Shown piece after piece: positions 50,792 to 60,649 of a stretch of 64,000 nt of DNA. This DNA is from an uncultured bacterium (lineage in GTDB: Bacteria; Cyanobacteriota; Cyanobacteriia; CAZCXK01). The notes below the pieces were generated by a model, which was not told where the DNA came from, ran no database searches, and saw nothing but the letters and a program-made list of their open reading frames with translations. The translations under genes were made by a program, and so were the position numbers. The stretch covers positions 703 through 64,702 of the forward strand of contig CAZCXK010000013.1 of the NCBI GenBank assembly GCA_964502605.1, written 5' to 3'. Each line of letters begins with the position of its first letter. Position 1 is the first letter of the stretch.

Positions 50792-51315
50792 CGTATCCTC
50801 GTCGGATGACCAAGATAGGGAGGATCATAGTGACCGTGGGGCGGTCAGGCAGTCAGGGGGCAAACTTTCTAAATATACGGGGTTTGACCCCAGCTAGATT
50901 CACGATGTCATCGGGGTATCTAGCTGATTTATTCTGGTGTAGACACGCCCTATCTTACTGCCAGAAGTTTTAGACGCTGGCATTTCTTGGTTCTCATTCA
51001 ATCAGATCTGCATTCAGATGGGCATTGAATTAGCCTCTCGATCAAACCAGCTCTATTCAGACGTTGGGTCTGCAACAAGGAGCCATGTCGGGGGCGATCG
51101 CGGAGTAGCTTGCTGGCAAGCCTGTCGTCCTACGCCGAGATCAGATCGGTAGACGCACCTCCTAAGGTAGTCGATTCCTGTTTTTATGCTGAAAAGGTTT
51201 AGAAAACTGAAACCAACTCAGAACTTCAGACCTGTGGCCAAATCTTCATCGACCAAAACGTCATAGACTTAAGTACGATAGACGCAATATTAGAGACATG
51301 AGGTTTCATAGACCC

Positions 51316-51732
51316 ATGCATGTATTTGTCTTACTGTTTAATTCTGGAACAGACAATGAAGGCATCCATACCCTCAAAGTGGGCGATCGCAATGTAGTCT
51401 TAATGTTTGAAGACGAAGATGACGCCGCCCGCTATGCACTAATGCTAGAAGCTCAAGATTTTGGCAATCCGTCAGTCGAAGTATTTGACGCTGATGAGAT
51501 TGAGTCCTTTTGTGAGGATGCTAGCTATGAGTCAAAATTTGTGCCCAGTGGCACGCTCAGCGTTCCACCTGACGCCAATGTTGACTCAACGGATTGGAGC
51601 CCTGATGCCGATCCTGCCGATCGCTCCGCCCGTCCAGCAGAGGCCAAAGGAGCCGCAGGAACAGAGGCAGAATCCGAATTTTCGCAAGCTGAACTAGATC
51701 GGATTCGCAATGCCCTTGAAGGTCTCTTATAG
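51316..51732 (+). CDS. DUF3110-family cyanobacterial protein
   Basis: MHVFVLLFNSGTDNEGIHTLKVGDRNVVLMFEDEDDAARYALMLEAQDF matches the DUF3110 pattern as recalled. Confidence 0.55.
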   Translation: MHVFVLLFNSGTDNEGIHTLKVGDRNVVLMFEDEDDAARYALMLEAQDFGNPSVEVFDADEIESFCEDASYESKFVPSGTLSVPPDANVDSTDWSPDADPADRSARPAEAKGAAGTEAESEFSQAELDRIRNALEGLL

Positions 51733-52000
51733 TGATGCTGAGAGTCCTAAATGGCTACAGAATAACCCTTGAGGGCAGGCGATCGCTCTCAATGATTTAG
51801 TCTTGGCGAAGCCGCCTTGATGAATCAACCCCGATGAACCAACCGAAGTCGATCTCTACAGTAACTAACTGATTGCCGACTGAAGAGGATGACCAAGAGC
51901 AAAGGCTCCGTAGTCGTGACTAAGACTTGATCAAATTCTCTGCTGCAAGTCCTTGAGATCACTCTTGAAATCACCCTAGATCACCACAGGTGTAGAACAA

Positions 52001-52924
52001 TTGGAATATAGCCGTATGGAAGGCATTCGCGAACGGGGACATCTGCTGACAGAGCAGGCTAATCCAGAGAGTCAGAATCTCGATCAGCTGACCTCCCTAG
52101 AACTCGTAGACTTATTTAATCAACAGGATGCCCATGTGATTAAGGCTGTCCATCAGGCTCGATGTGCCATTGCAGACGCCATTGATTGCACTGCGCAAGC
52201 GCTGAGTCGGGGGGGGCGATTGATTTATGTGGGTGCAGGCACGAGCGGGCGGCTAGGCGTGTTAGACGCAGCAGAATGCCCACCCACGTTTTGCACGCCG
52301 CCTGATTGGGTGCAGGGCATCGTTGCCGGCGGAGAAGCTGCTTTGATCCGCAGTTCGGAGGCGCTAGAAGATCGAGCCGATGATGGAGCAGCGGCGATCG
52401 CCCACCGTCAAATCACTCCCCATGATGTCGTCGTTGGCATTACGGCAGGCGGCACCACTCCCTATGTGCATGGAGCCTTACAGGCTGCTCGACAGCGGGG
52501 CGCAACGACAGTTTTTATTGCCTGCGTTCCGACTGATCAGGTCTCGGTTGAGGTAGATGTGGATATTCGTCTGCTAGTGGGGCCGGAAATTTTGGCGGGG
52601 TCTACTCGACTCAAGGCAGGTACGGCGACCAAGTTAGTGTTAAATACTCTCTCCACCGGGGCAATGGTAAAACTGGGAAAAGTCTACAGTAATCGAATGG
52701 TTGACGTTTCCGTTACCAACAGCAAACTCTATGATCGAGCCCTGCGGATTGTGCGCGATTTGACCGGGCTCGAACCAGCCGCTGCCGCAGGCTTGTTGGC
52801 TCAAAGCCAGTGCCGGGTAAAGCTCGCCTTACTGATGCACTGGACGGGGATCAGCGCGGAGGAGGGCGATCGCCGCTTGACCGACCACAACGGACACCTG
52901 CGAAACGCCATCTTCAACCAATAA
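52001..52924 (+). CDS. murQ: N-acetylmuramic acid 6-phosphate etherase
   Basis: SIS-domain motifs: LIYVGAGTSGRLGVLDAAECPPTF ... KAGTATKLVLN. Confidence 0.85.
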   Translation: MEYSRMEGIRERGHLLTEQANPESQNLDQLTSLELVDLFNQQDAHVIKAVHQARCAIADAIDCTAQALSRGGRLIYVGAGTSGRLGVLDAAECPPTFCTPPDWVQGIVAGGEAALIRSSEALEDRADDGAAAIAHRQITPHDVVVGITAGGTTPYVHGALQAARQRGATTVFIACVPTDQVSVEVDVDIRLLVGPEILAGSTRLKAGTATKLVLNTLSTGAMVKLGKVYSNRMVDVSVTNSKLYDRALRIVRDLTGLEPAAAAGLLAQSQCRVKLALLMHWTGISAEEGDRRLTDHNGHLRNAIFNQ

Positions 52925-53097
52925 GATATCTGAGAGGGGTCAATGCCCTAATTGACTCGCACTCGGCATCCATCTACTATCTAAACCAGCTTGAACGCTG
53001 ACTATGGCGCAGAATTACAAGCCTGACGAGCATTGCGAATCTTTTCTAAATTGAGTTTCGGGACACCCGTCCATCACCGATTTCAACTCAGGGGCAC

Positions 53098-54996
53098 ATG
53101 AACGTGAATCAAATACTGGGGGGGCGTTACCAAGTTGTCAAGGGGTTGGGGGCCTCAAGCCGGAGTAACACCTACTTGGTTGAAGATACAGGGCTATCGG
53201 GCCACCCAGAATGTATTGTGCGCCGACTCCCGCTGCCGGCACGCAGCCCCAGAGCTCTGAAGTTTATTCTGGTGTTGCTCAAAAAAAAGGCAGAGGCGCT
53301 TAAATATGCCGGAGCCCACGACCAAATCCCCAAAATCCTCGATTACTTTGAGGAAAATCAAAGTTTTTATCTGGTTGAAGAGTTAATTGTCGGCCAGCCT
53401 TTGAGTACAGAGTTGACCGCTGGGAAAGTTTTGCCAGAGTCAGTCGTGATTGATCTGATGCGGGATGTGCTGGAGATCTTGGTCGTGGTGCATAGCTGGG
53501 GCGTGGTGCACCGCAACATCAACCCTGCCAATCTGATTCGGCGGGCGTCAGATCAGCACCTCGTGCTCACCGGGTTTGGCATTTTTGAAGAAATTAGCAA
53601 TCAAATTGCGCGATCGCGACTTTCGGCTTCAGAACCCTTTCCGATCAATGGGGCAGCGGTGTATGCCCCCGATGAGCAGTTTCAGGGCAAGGTTCACTTC
53701 AATACCGACCTGTACGCGATCGGAATGATTGGCATCCAAGCGTTAACAGGGCTATCGATGGCCGAGCTGGTCGATTTGCGTCAGGCCAACGGCAAAACGA
53801 TGGGGCTCTTCTCGTGGTATCAATATGCTCAGATCGAGTCGCCGCTGGTCGCCATTCTCAATAAAATGGTGCATCCTGATGTGCAGCAGCGCTATCGCAA
53901 TGCCACCGAAGTGCTTGATGATCTCAAGTTTTTAACCGAGGGGGCGCTGGCCGTGCCGTCCTATTCGACTCCGACTGAGATCACCCCAACAGACGAACAA
54001 ACGCCCTCTCGACGCCCTCAAGGGCACTGGCTGATAGGCGGGGCGATCGCCACTCTTTTGGGGGCGGTTTTGGTGGGGCTGATGTATGCTCAAACACCGC
54101 AGCGGCTATTGGCGCAGTTTTTTTTGCAGCGGGCAGCGGCTCAAACCCACCAAGGTAATGACTCAGAGGCGATCGCCACCTACACTCGTGCGATTCAAAA
54201 CTATCCCAGCCTTGCGGCCTATCTCCAGCGGGGTCGCCTTTATCATCAGGCAGGGGATTGGCAGTCGGCGCAGGCTGATTTTAGCCGTGCCATTGAGTTG
54301 CAGCCCAAGGCCCCAGAGGCTTACCATTTTCGCGGCCAAATTCGCTATGAAGTCGGCGATCGCCAGGGGGCGCTCGAAGACTATACGCAAGCAATTCAGC
54401 TGGATCCAAACTCTGCACCGACCTATGTTAATCGCGGCAGCATCCGAGCAGAGCTAGGCGACGAAGAGGGGGCGCTAGCCGACTACACTCAGGCCATTCA
54501 GCAGGATCCGAGCCTGCCAGCAGCTTATCTCAATCGCTGTCTGACGCGATCCAATTTAGACAATCATCAAGGGGCGATTGAAGACTGTAATCAGGCGATT
54601 AGCCTCGATCCGACGTCAGTCCTAGCCTATCAAAATCGCGGTCTAGCTCGCCGCCGCTTAGGAGATATTAAAGGAGCCATTGAAGATTTAAATATTGCAA
54701 TTCGCCTCGATCCGAATGATGCAGATCCGTATTACAACCGGGGGCTGGCGCGGTTTGAATTGGGCGATCAAACTGGGGCGATCGCCGACTATGGCCAGGC
54801 AATTCAGCTTAATCCTGATCATGCGCTGGCATACTACGATCGCGGGATGACCTATCTCAATGGCGGCTATACCTCCGAGGCGATCGCCGACCTGCAACAA
54901 TCAGCCAGACTCTGTCTCGATGCCGTTAGAATCAGGTGCTATGAAGACGCTCAATATCAGCTCAAACAAATCCAGCCAGAGATCCAGTTAGAATAA
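53098..54996 (+). CDS. Ser/Thr protein kinase-like domain (predicted catalytically inactive pseudokinase) fused to a TPR repeat domain
   Basis: Kinase-fold landmarks are present but degenerate. Gly-loop LGASSRS. VAIK -> CIVRRL (Lys->Arg). HRDLKPxN -> HRNINPAN (Asp->Asn). DFG -> GFG. APE -> APD. C-terminal ~8 TPR units (AYxxRGxxxxxxGD...). Confidence 0.7.
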   Translation: MNVNQILGGRYQVVKGLGASSRSNTYLVEDTGLSGHPECIVRRLPLPARSPRALKFILVLLKKKAEALKYAGAHDQIPKILDYFEENQSFYLVEELIVGQPLSTELTAGKVLPESVVIDLMRDVLEILVVVHSWGVVHRNINPANLIRRASDQHLVLTGFGIFEEISNQIARSRLSASEPFPINGAAVYAPDEQFQGKVHFNTDLYAIGMIGIQALTGLSMAELVDLRQANGKTMGLFSWYQYAQIESPLVAILNKMVHPDVQQRYRNATEVLDDLKFLTEGALAVPSYSTPTEITPTDEQTPSRRPQGHWLIGGAIATLLGAVLVGLMYAQTPQRLLAQFFLQRAAAQTHQGNDSEAIATYTRAIQNYPSLAAYLQRGRLYHQAGDWQSAQADFSRAIELQPKAPEAYHFRGQIRYEVGDRQGALEDYTQAIQLDPNSAPTYVNRGSIRAELGDEEGALADYTQAIQQDPSLPAAYLNRCLTRSNLDNHQGAIEDCNQAISLDPTSVLAYQNRGLARRRLGDIKGAIEDLNIAIRLDPNDADPYYNRGLARFELGDQTGAIADYGQAIQLNPDHALAYYDRGMTYLNGGYTSEAIADLQQSARLCLDAVRIRCYEDAQYQLKQIQPEIQLE

Positions 54997-55052
54997 GCCG
55001 CAATCTGACGCAGGTTCACAAGCTAACCTGGGAGCATTCATCAGCTGCCAGC

Positions 55053-55256
55053 CTACTGATAGGCTAATACCTGACGACGACCACTACCGCGATGAACCGT
55101 TTGTCCAGAATATCCACCATTGCTTGCAATGGTTTCAACATTATCCGATGGGTTGAGATGCAATTTGGTAGAGTAAGAGGAACGGGCCCAATCGCCTACT
55201 GAGGCGGCAGGCAGCAAAAACGCAAGCAATAGCGCTGTAAAGATTGGAACGCGCAT
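55053..55256 (-). CDS. Small secreted hypothetical protein
   Basis: Signal peptide MRVPIFTALLLAFLLPAASVG. Confidence 0.35.
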   Translation of the reverse strand: MRVPIFTALLLAFLLPAASVGDWARSSYSTKLHLNPSDNVETIASNGGYSGQTVHRGSGRRQVLAYQ

Positions 55257-55427
55257 AGAGATACCTGAAAAATGACTGCTATTCAACTTTTACTGGCAAG
55301 AGGCTCCCGATCCGGAATGTCTAGCCAGCGTCAGCTATATGGCGGATATGCTCTCCTATATCTCTAGCGATGCTGCTTTAGCATTGTCTCTGTCTCTCTG
55401 CGTTCATTTCTGACATGCTCCTTTGTT

Positions 55428-56207
55428 ATGACTGACCCTTCGCTGCTGCCGCCCAGCCGACCAGTGCGTCGCGGCCCGATAAGTATATTTGCTGGGCCAA
55501 CATATCCGTTTCGGGCGTTGGCCTTGTTTTACAAGACTCCCAAACTGCGCGGGTATATTCTTTTGCCGATTGTACTCAATGTGCTTTTGGGCGGCGCTCT
55601 CTACACGGGGGCCCTCTATTTGGGCTGGCAAGGCATTGAACAGATTCTGGGAAATTTACCGACTTGGGCTGTTCCTCTAGAATTTTTGCTCCGGGGTCTG
55701 CTGATTATTTTGCTGCTATTTGTGACGGGGTTTATTTTTTTGCAGTTTGGCGTTTTGCTGGGGTCACCTTGGTATGGCAAGCTTTCCGAAGAGATTGAGA
55801 AACTGCAAACGGGGCGCTTGGTACTGGTCGAAATCAACCCTGTTGCCGAAATCAGTCGCGCTGTCAACTATGAGCTTAAAAAGTTGGTACTCTGGGTTAG
55901 CGTGGGGCTGCTGCTGCTATTAGCCAACTTCCTGCCAGGATTTGGCACCCTCATCGCAACAGTTGGGGGTTTTTCCTTGGCGGCTACAATCGCCTGCATG
56001 GATTTTCTAGATCCAGCTCTAGAGCGACGGCGGCTGCGATTTCGGCAAAAATTGGGGATGGTGCGGCGCGGGTTGCCTGCTAGTTTTACATTCGGCCTCG
56101 TCTGTTTTGGCTTATCTAGCATTCCGTTTCTCAATTTGCTGTCGATTCCTGTGTGTGTCGCGGCTGGAACACTCTTTTTTTGCGATCGCCTCAGCTCAGA
56201 GCCGTGA
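55428..56207 (+). CDS. EI24/CysZ-like (DUF540) integral membrane protein
   Basis: Four or more TM helices; N-terminal segment pattern ...FRALALFYKTPKLRGYILLPIVLNVLL resembles the CysZ/EI24 family. Confidence 0.45.
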   Translation: MTDPSLLPPSRPVRRGPISIFAGPTYPFRALALFYKTPKLRGYILLPIVLNVLLGGALYTGALYLGWQGIEQILGNLPTWAVPLEFLLRGLLIILLLFVTGFIFLQFGVLLGSPWYGKLSEEIEKLQTGRLVLVEINPVAEISRAVNYELKKLVLWVSVGLLLLLANFLPGFGTLIATVGGFSLAATIACMDFLDPALERRRLRFRQKLGMVRRGLPASFTFGLVCFGLSSIPFLNLLSIPVCVAAGTLFFCDRLSSEP

Positions 56208-56287
56208 GGGTGCATCCTCATGATCAAATAGTCTAAATGATCAAATAGTCTAAATTTCACGACGAGTCAGTCAGATACGGGTTTTCT

Positions 56288-57913
56288 ATGACAGCTTCTG
56301 GAGTGCAGCCGGTCTCCTACGCCATCGATTTTGGGACGAGCAATACTGTGATCACCCGATGGAATCTGGTGACTCAACTGCCCGAGACAATCGCCCTTGA
56401 GCACATTTCTCAGCAACTGGGAGATAATCCCGCGCTGGTGCCGAGCCTGATTTATATTGAAGATGCAGCTGATGAGCGCGTCATTGTGGGGCAGACCGTG
56501 CGCGATCGCGGCCTCGACGTAACGCAGGATACTCGTTTTTTTCGTAATATTAAACGCGGGATCGGGGCATCGGTGCAAGGGTTCGCGCCGGAGTTGGATG
56601 GTCGTATGGTGTCGTTTGAGCAGGCGGGCCATTGGTTTTTGGAGACGCTGATTCGTGAGTTACAGGCCCAAGATCCCCATCTGGATTCGCTGATCTTTAC
56701 GGTTCCAGTTGATAGCTTTGAACCCTATCGCCATTGGCTCAACCAAATCTGCACGCCATTGAACATTAGCCAAGTGCGGATGATTGATGAACCCACAGCG
56801 GCGGCCTTGGGATACGACCTAGCTGGGCGAGATGTCATTTTGGTGGTTGACTTTGGCGGCGGCACGCTCGATCTGTCCCTTGTTCGGCTGGATCATCAGG
56901 CGGCTTCGGCGGAGCAAGCCCCCTTGGGGTTTGTTCTTAAATGGGGGCAGAAGACGTTTGCGGCAGAGTCAGGGCAGCGCATTAAAACAGCAAACGTATT
57001 GGCGAAGGCCGGACAAAATTTGGGGGGAGCCGACATTGATGATTGGCTGGCAGAGGAGATGGCTGCAGCCCAGGGAATCGAAATCACGGCGCTGACATTG
57101 CGCCTAGCTGAGCGCCTCAAGATTCAGCTTTCGACACAGCGGAGTGCCACGGAAGCCTTTTTCAACGACGAAACGCTCGAAAGCTATGAATTGCAGCTTG
57201 ATCGCGATCGCTTCAATGCGATTTTGCATGAGCACCAATTTTTTGAACGACTGGATGAGTCGATGACTCAGGTGCTGCGGCAGGCTCGCCGTCAGGGGCT
57301 AGAAGCCTCGGATATTGATGCGGTGCTGCTCGTCGGGGGGACGTCGCAAATTCCAGCGGTGCGTGGCTGGGTGGAGCGATATTTTGAGGCGGCTAAGGTG
57401 TTTTCTGATCAGCCCTTTGAGGCGATCGCCCGTGGGGCTCTCCAGCTGAGTCAGGGCATTGATCTCAATGACTTTCTTTATCATGGCTATGGCATCCGCT
57501 ATTGGAACCGTCGCCATAACTGCCACGACTGGCATCCGATCATTCGGGAGGGTCAGCCGTATCCGATGGCAACTCCTGTGGAACTGGTGCTGGGGGCATC
57601 GGCAGATCAGCAGCCCAGTATTGAGCTGGTGATTGGTGAATTGGGGGCAGAATCGACCACAACAGAAGTGTATTTTGATGGCGATCGCCTGGTGACGCGG
57701 AGACGCTCAAGTGCAGCCTCGACCGTAACCTCACTCAATGACCAAGAGGGAGCCCGCAGTCTGGCCAAACTTGACCCGCCTGGCACTCCGGGAAGCGATC
57801 GCGTCAAACTGCTGTTTTGGGTTGATGCCGAACGGGTGTTGCGGGTCACCGTCGAAGATCTGTTGACGCACCAGACTCTGTTAGATAATCAGGCTGTTGC
57901 TCAACTTAGTTAG
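56288..57913 (+). CDS. Hsp70-family (DnaK-like) ATPase, short non-canonical paralogue lacking a canonical lid
   Basis: Actin-fold motifs AIDFGTSNTV (phosphate 1), IDEPTAAALGYDL, VVDFGGGTLDLSLV (phosphate 2), LLVGGTSQIPAVRGWV (adenosine). Only ~150 aa follow the NBD. Confidence 0.7.
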   Translation: MTASGVQPVSYAIDFGTSNTVITRWNLVTQLPETIALEHISQQLGDNPALVPSLIYIEDAADERVIVGQTVRDRGLDVTQDTRFFRNIKRGIGASVQGFAPELDGRMVSFEQAGHWFLETLIRELQAQDPHLDSLIFTVPVDSFEPYRHWLNQICTPLNISQVRMIDEPTAAALGYDLAGRDVILVVDFGGGTLDLSLVRLDHQAASAEQAPLGFVLKWGQKTFAAESGQRIKTANVLAKAGQNLGGADIDDWLAEEMAAAQGIEITALTLRLAERLKIQLSTQRSATEAFFNDETLESYELQLDRDRFNAILHEHQFFERLDESMTQVLRQARRQGLEASDIDAVLLVGGTSQIPAVRGWVERYFEAAKVFSDQPFEAIARGALQLSQGIDLNDFLYHGYGIRYWNRRHNCHDWHPIIREGQPYPMATPVELVLGASADQQPSIELVIGELGAESTTTEVYFDGDRLVTRRRSSAASTVTSLNDQEGARSLAKLDPPGTPGSDRVKLLFWVDAERVLRVTVEDLLTHQTLLDNQAVAQLS

Positions 57914-58255
57914 CGATTCAGTTAGCGATCGCCCTCCACCCGCTCACTCAGCCAATTGGGATCGAGTCAGGCTGGTTTGCAGACCTACCTGAGGATAAAT
58001 CTCTTACAATTGCTAGCCCTTGCGCCATTCAGCAATATTTCAGAATGTAACAGTGTGTTGCAACTCTTAACGTACGAGCCCCCTTTGATTGGGATTCCCT
58101 TGGTAGACTAAACACTGTGGGCTGTGAAATGCATACGACGTAGCTGTGCCCTGCTAGCCTGGGTCTTACTGGCTGACAGTTTTTCTACGGTCGGCAGCAC
58201 GGCTAAGCGCACCACCCCAACGGTGCACCATTACAAAAATGAGTTAAGAGTAGCA

Positions 58256-59332
58256 ATGGTAGATTCTGTCAAAAAGCCTGTTTTTGAAGAAATTCGACCG
58301 GGTGTCAAAACGCCAGCTAAAGAAACCATTCTGACGCCTCGCTTTTACACGACTGACTTTGACGAGATGGCAAAGATGGACATCTCAGTCAATGAAGACG
58401 AATTGCGAGCCATTTTGGAAGAGTTTCGTGTTGACTACAACCGTCATCACTTCATTCGCAATGACGAGTTTGCCCAATCCTGGGATCATATTGACGGTGA
58501 GACGCGCCAGCTATTTGTTGAGTTCTTAGAGCGCTCTTGCACCGCAGAATTCTCGGGTTTCTTGCTCTACAAAGAGCTTTCTCGCAAACTCAAGCATAAA
58601 AGCCCGGTGCTAGCTGAGTGTTTCTTGCTGATGTCGCGCGATGAAGCTCGCCATGCCGGGTTTCTCAATAAGGCGATGTCTGACTTTAATTTATCGCTGG
58701 ATCTGGGCTTTCTGACTAAGAGTCGCAGCTATACATTCTTCAAGCCCAAGTTTATTTTCTATGCCACCTATCTGTCTGAAAAGATTGGATATTGGCGCTA
58801 CATCACGATTTATCGCCATCTAGAAGCGCATCCCGAAAATCGGATCTATCCGATCTTTCGCTTCTTTGAAAACTGGTGCCAAGACGAAAACCGTCATGGA
58901 GACTTTTTTGATGCGCTGATGAAGTCGCAGCCACACATCTTAAATGATTGGCGGGCAAAGTTGTGGTGCCGCTTCTTCTTGTTGTCGGTGTTTGTCACGA
59001 TGTATCTCAATGATATTCAACGCTCAGGCTTTTATGAGTCGCTGGGCTTAGATGCGCGTGAGTATGATATTCATGTGATTGAGAAAACCAACGAAACGGC
59101 TGGTCGGGTGTTCCCTGTTGTGCTCAATGTGAGTCATCCAGAGTTCTTTGAACGTCTGGATCGCTGTACTCGTAATAATGCTCAGCTTTCGGCGATCGCC
59201 ACTTCTAATCTGCCCAAGGGTTTGGGGTTGGTGAGAAAGCTGCCGCTGTATTTGTCAAATGTTTGGCAACTGGCACGGCTGTTTTTCATGAAGCCAATTG
59301 ATATGACATCGTTGCAGAGCGCTGCCCGATAA
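58256..59332 (+). CDS. acsF: Magnesium-protoporphyrin IX monomethyl ester (oxidative) cyclase, aerobic (AcsF/ChlE/CycI)
   Basis: [44 protein letters not shown]; di-iron EXXH motifs ([16 protein letters not shown]). The likely start is ATG 58256; the track start at 58124 is over-extended. Confidence 0.9.
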   Translation: MVDSVKKPVFEEIRPGVKTPAKETILTPRFYTTDFDEMAKMDISVNEDELRAILEEFRVDYNRHHFIRNDEFAQSWDHIDGETRQLFVEFLERSCTAEFSGFLLYKELSRKLKHKSPVLAECFLLMSRDEARHAGFLNKAMSDFNLSLDLGFLTKSRSYTFFKPKFIFYATYLSEKIGYWRYITIYRHLEAHPENRIYPIFRFFENWCQDENRHGDFFDALMKSQPHILNDWRAKLWCRFFLLSVFVTMYLNDIQRSGFYESLGLDAREYDIHVIEKTNETAGRVFPVVLNVSHPEFFERLDRCTRNNAQLSAIATSNLPKGLGLVRKLPLYLSNVWQLARLFFMKPIDMTSLQSAAR

Positions 59333-59435
59333 GACGTGGTTTCCATAGTTGGTCGATGCGGTTCTGATGAATTCAGAGCCGCTTTTTTTAGGGTGGATTT
59401 GCTAGAATCCACTGGCGAATATCGTTGAGCATTGC

Positions 59436-60464
59436 ATGATACACCATAGTCTTTGGTTGATTTTGATTCGGATGCGACCCTCAGTGCCTGTTGTCAGCCT
59501 ATTGGGGGCGATCGCCCCGATTCCATTCATGTCTACTGCGGCCTGGTCAGCGATCGCAGATCCTATTTGCGCCGAGCACGATGTTAGCTCGCATCAATTT
59601 TGGGCATATCACTACCTCGACAGGGTCGCATCAGCAAATTGTTCTTTTGCAGTCGCCGGTGTTGATGCCCCTTTAGCTCAAGGATGGGGTCTCCTGTCTG
59701 GTGATGGGTCTGAGCTGGAGGTCTGGACGCACCGAGCCCCCAACACCGATGACGTTGGAGAGAGCGCACACGCTCAAGCCCCTGAGACTGCAGCCACGGA
59801 TGCCCAATCTTCTAACTCGGAGGATAGCCAGACTACTCGTCAGTCTACTGCCCAACCCCCGACCCCAGAGTCGCTCAACCTCGACTCAGAACTGGTCGAT
59901 GATAGCCCAGTTTTTCAACGGTGGCTCGACGAGATTCCAGATGTGGCAGCTGATATTCGGCGCGATCCCAGCTTTCGGACGCGGCTGCGATTTGGCTATG
60001 CTGAGGTGCTCTCAACCGATGATGGGAGCGGATTTTTACTTGGAGTCGAAGATGTGTTTGTGGGCAACACCCGCCTCACTCTTGCCGCTGATTATCAGGC
60101 AACCTTTGGGGGCGATCGCCAATCCTATGGTGCTGAAGCTCGCTATTATCTCGCTCCGTTAGGCGGCTATGTCAACGTGGCTCCAGTGGTTGGCTATCGT
60201 AGTCTTGAAACCAGGGGCGATCGCACTGAGGGACTGAGTCTAGGAGTGCGGCTGATGATCGTCCCATCTAGAACTGGAGCTGCTGATTTAGCCGTGAGCC
60301 AGCGCTGGATTGCTCCTAGGGATCGCGATCAAGCCAGCCTCACCTCTCTCTCGCTGGGCTATGCCATCACTCGAAATTGGCGACTGTCAACTGAATTTCA
60401 GTGGCAGCGAACTCCTGACGATGACAGCACTCGACTGGGCGCAGCATTAGAATGGATGCCCTGA
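59436..60464 (+). CDS. Hypothetical secreted protein, possible outer-membrane beta-barrel
   Basis: N-terminal hydrophobic segment and an acidic low-complexity linker. The C-terminal ~200 aa have alternating hydrophobic patterning and a C-terminal aromatic residue pattern (...LEWMP). Confidence 0.4.
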   Translation: MIHHSLWLILIRMRPSVPVVSLLGAIAPIPFMSTAAWSAIADPICAEHDVSSHQFWAYHYLDRVASANCSFAVAGVDAPLAQGWGLLSGDGSELEVWTHRAPNTDDVGESAHAQAPETAATDAQSSNSEDSQTTRQSTAQPPTPESLNLDSELVDDSPVFQRWLDEIPDVAADIRRDPSFRTRLRFGYAEVLSTDDGSGFLLGVEDVFVGNTRLTLAADYQATFGGDRQSYGAEARYYLAPLGGYVNVAPVVGYRSLETRGDRTEGLSLGVRLMIVPSRTGAADLAVSQRWIAPRDRDQASLTSLSLGYAITRNWRLSTEFQWQRTPDDDSTRLGAALEWMP

Positions 60465-60649
60465 AAAATTCTCATTCTCGACAAGGTTTCATGATTCAGA
60501 ATGACCATGGGAGGATCAACTCACCCAAACAGTGGCGTAAGACTGCGATATTTTTCAAACAGTGCTCAGCGTGTTCGGTCATATCGCTAGCAGTCATCTC
60601 CTCCGTCTTCCGCTCTCCGCTATCCATCCTCCGCCCTCTCTTCTGTCCT

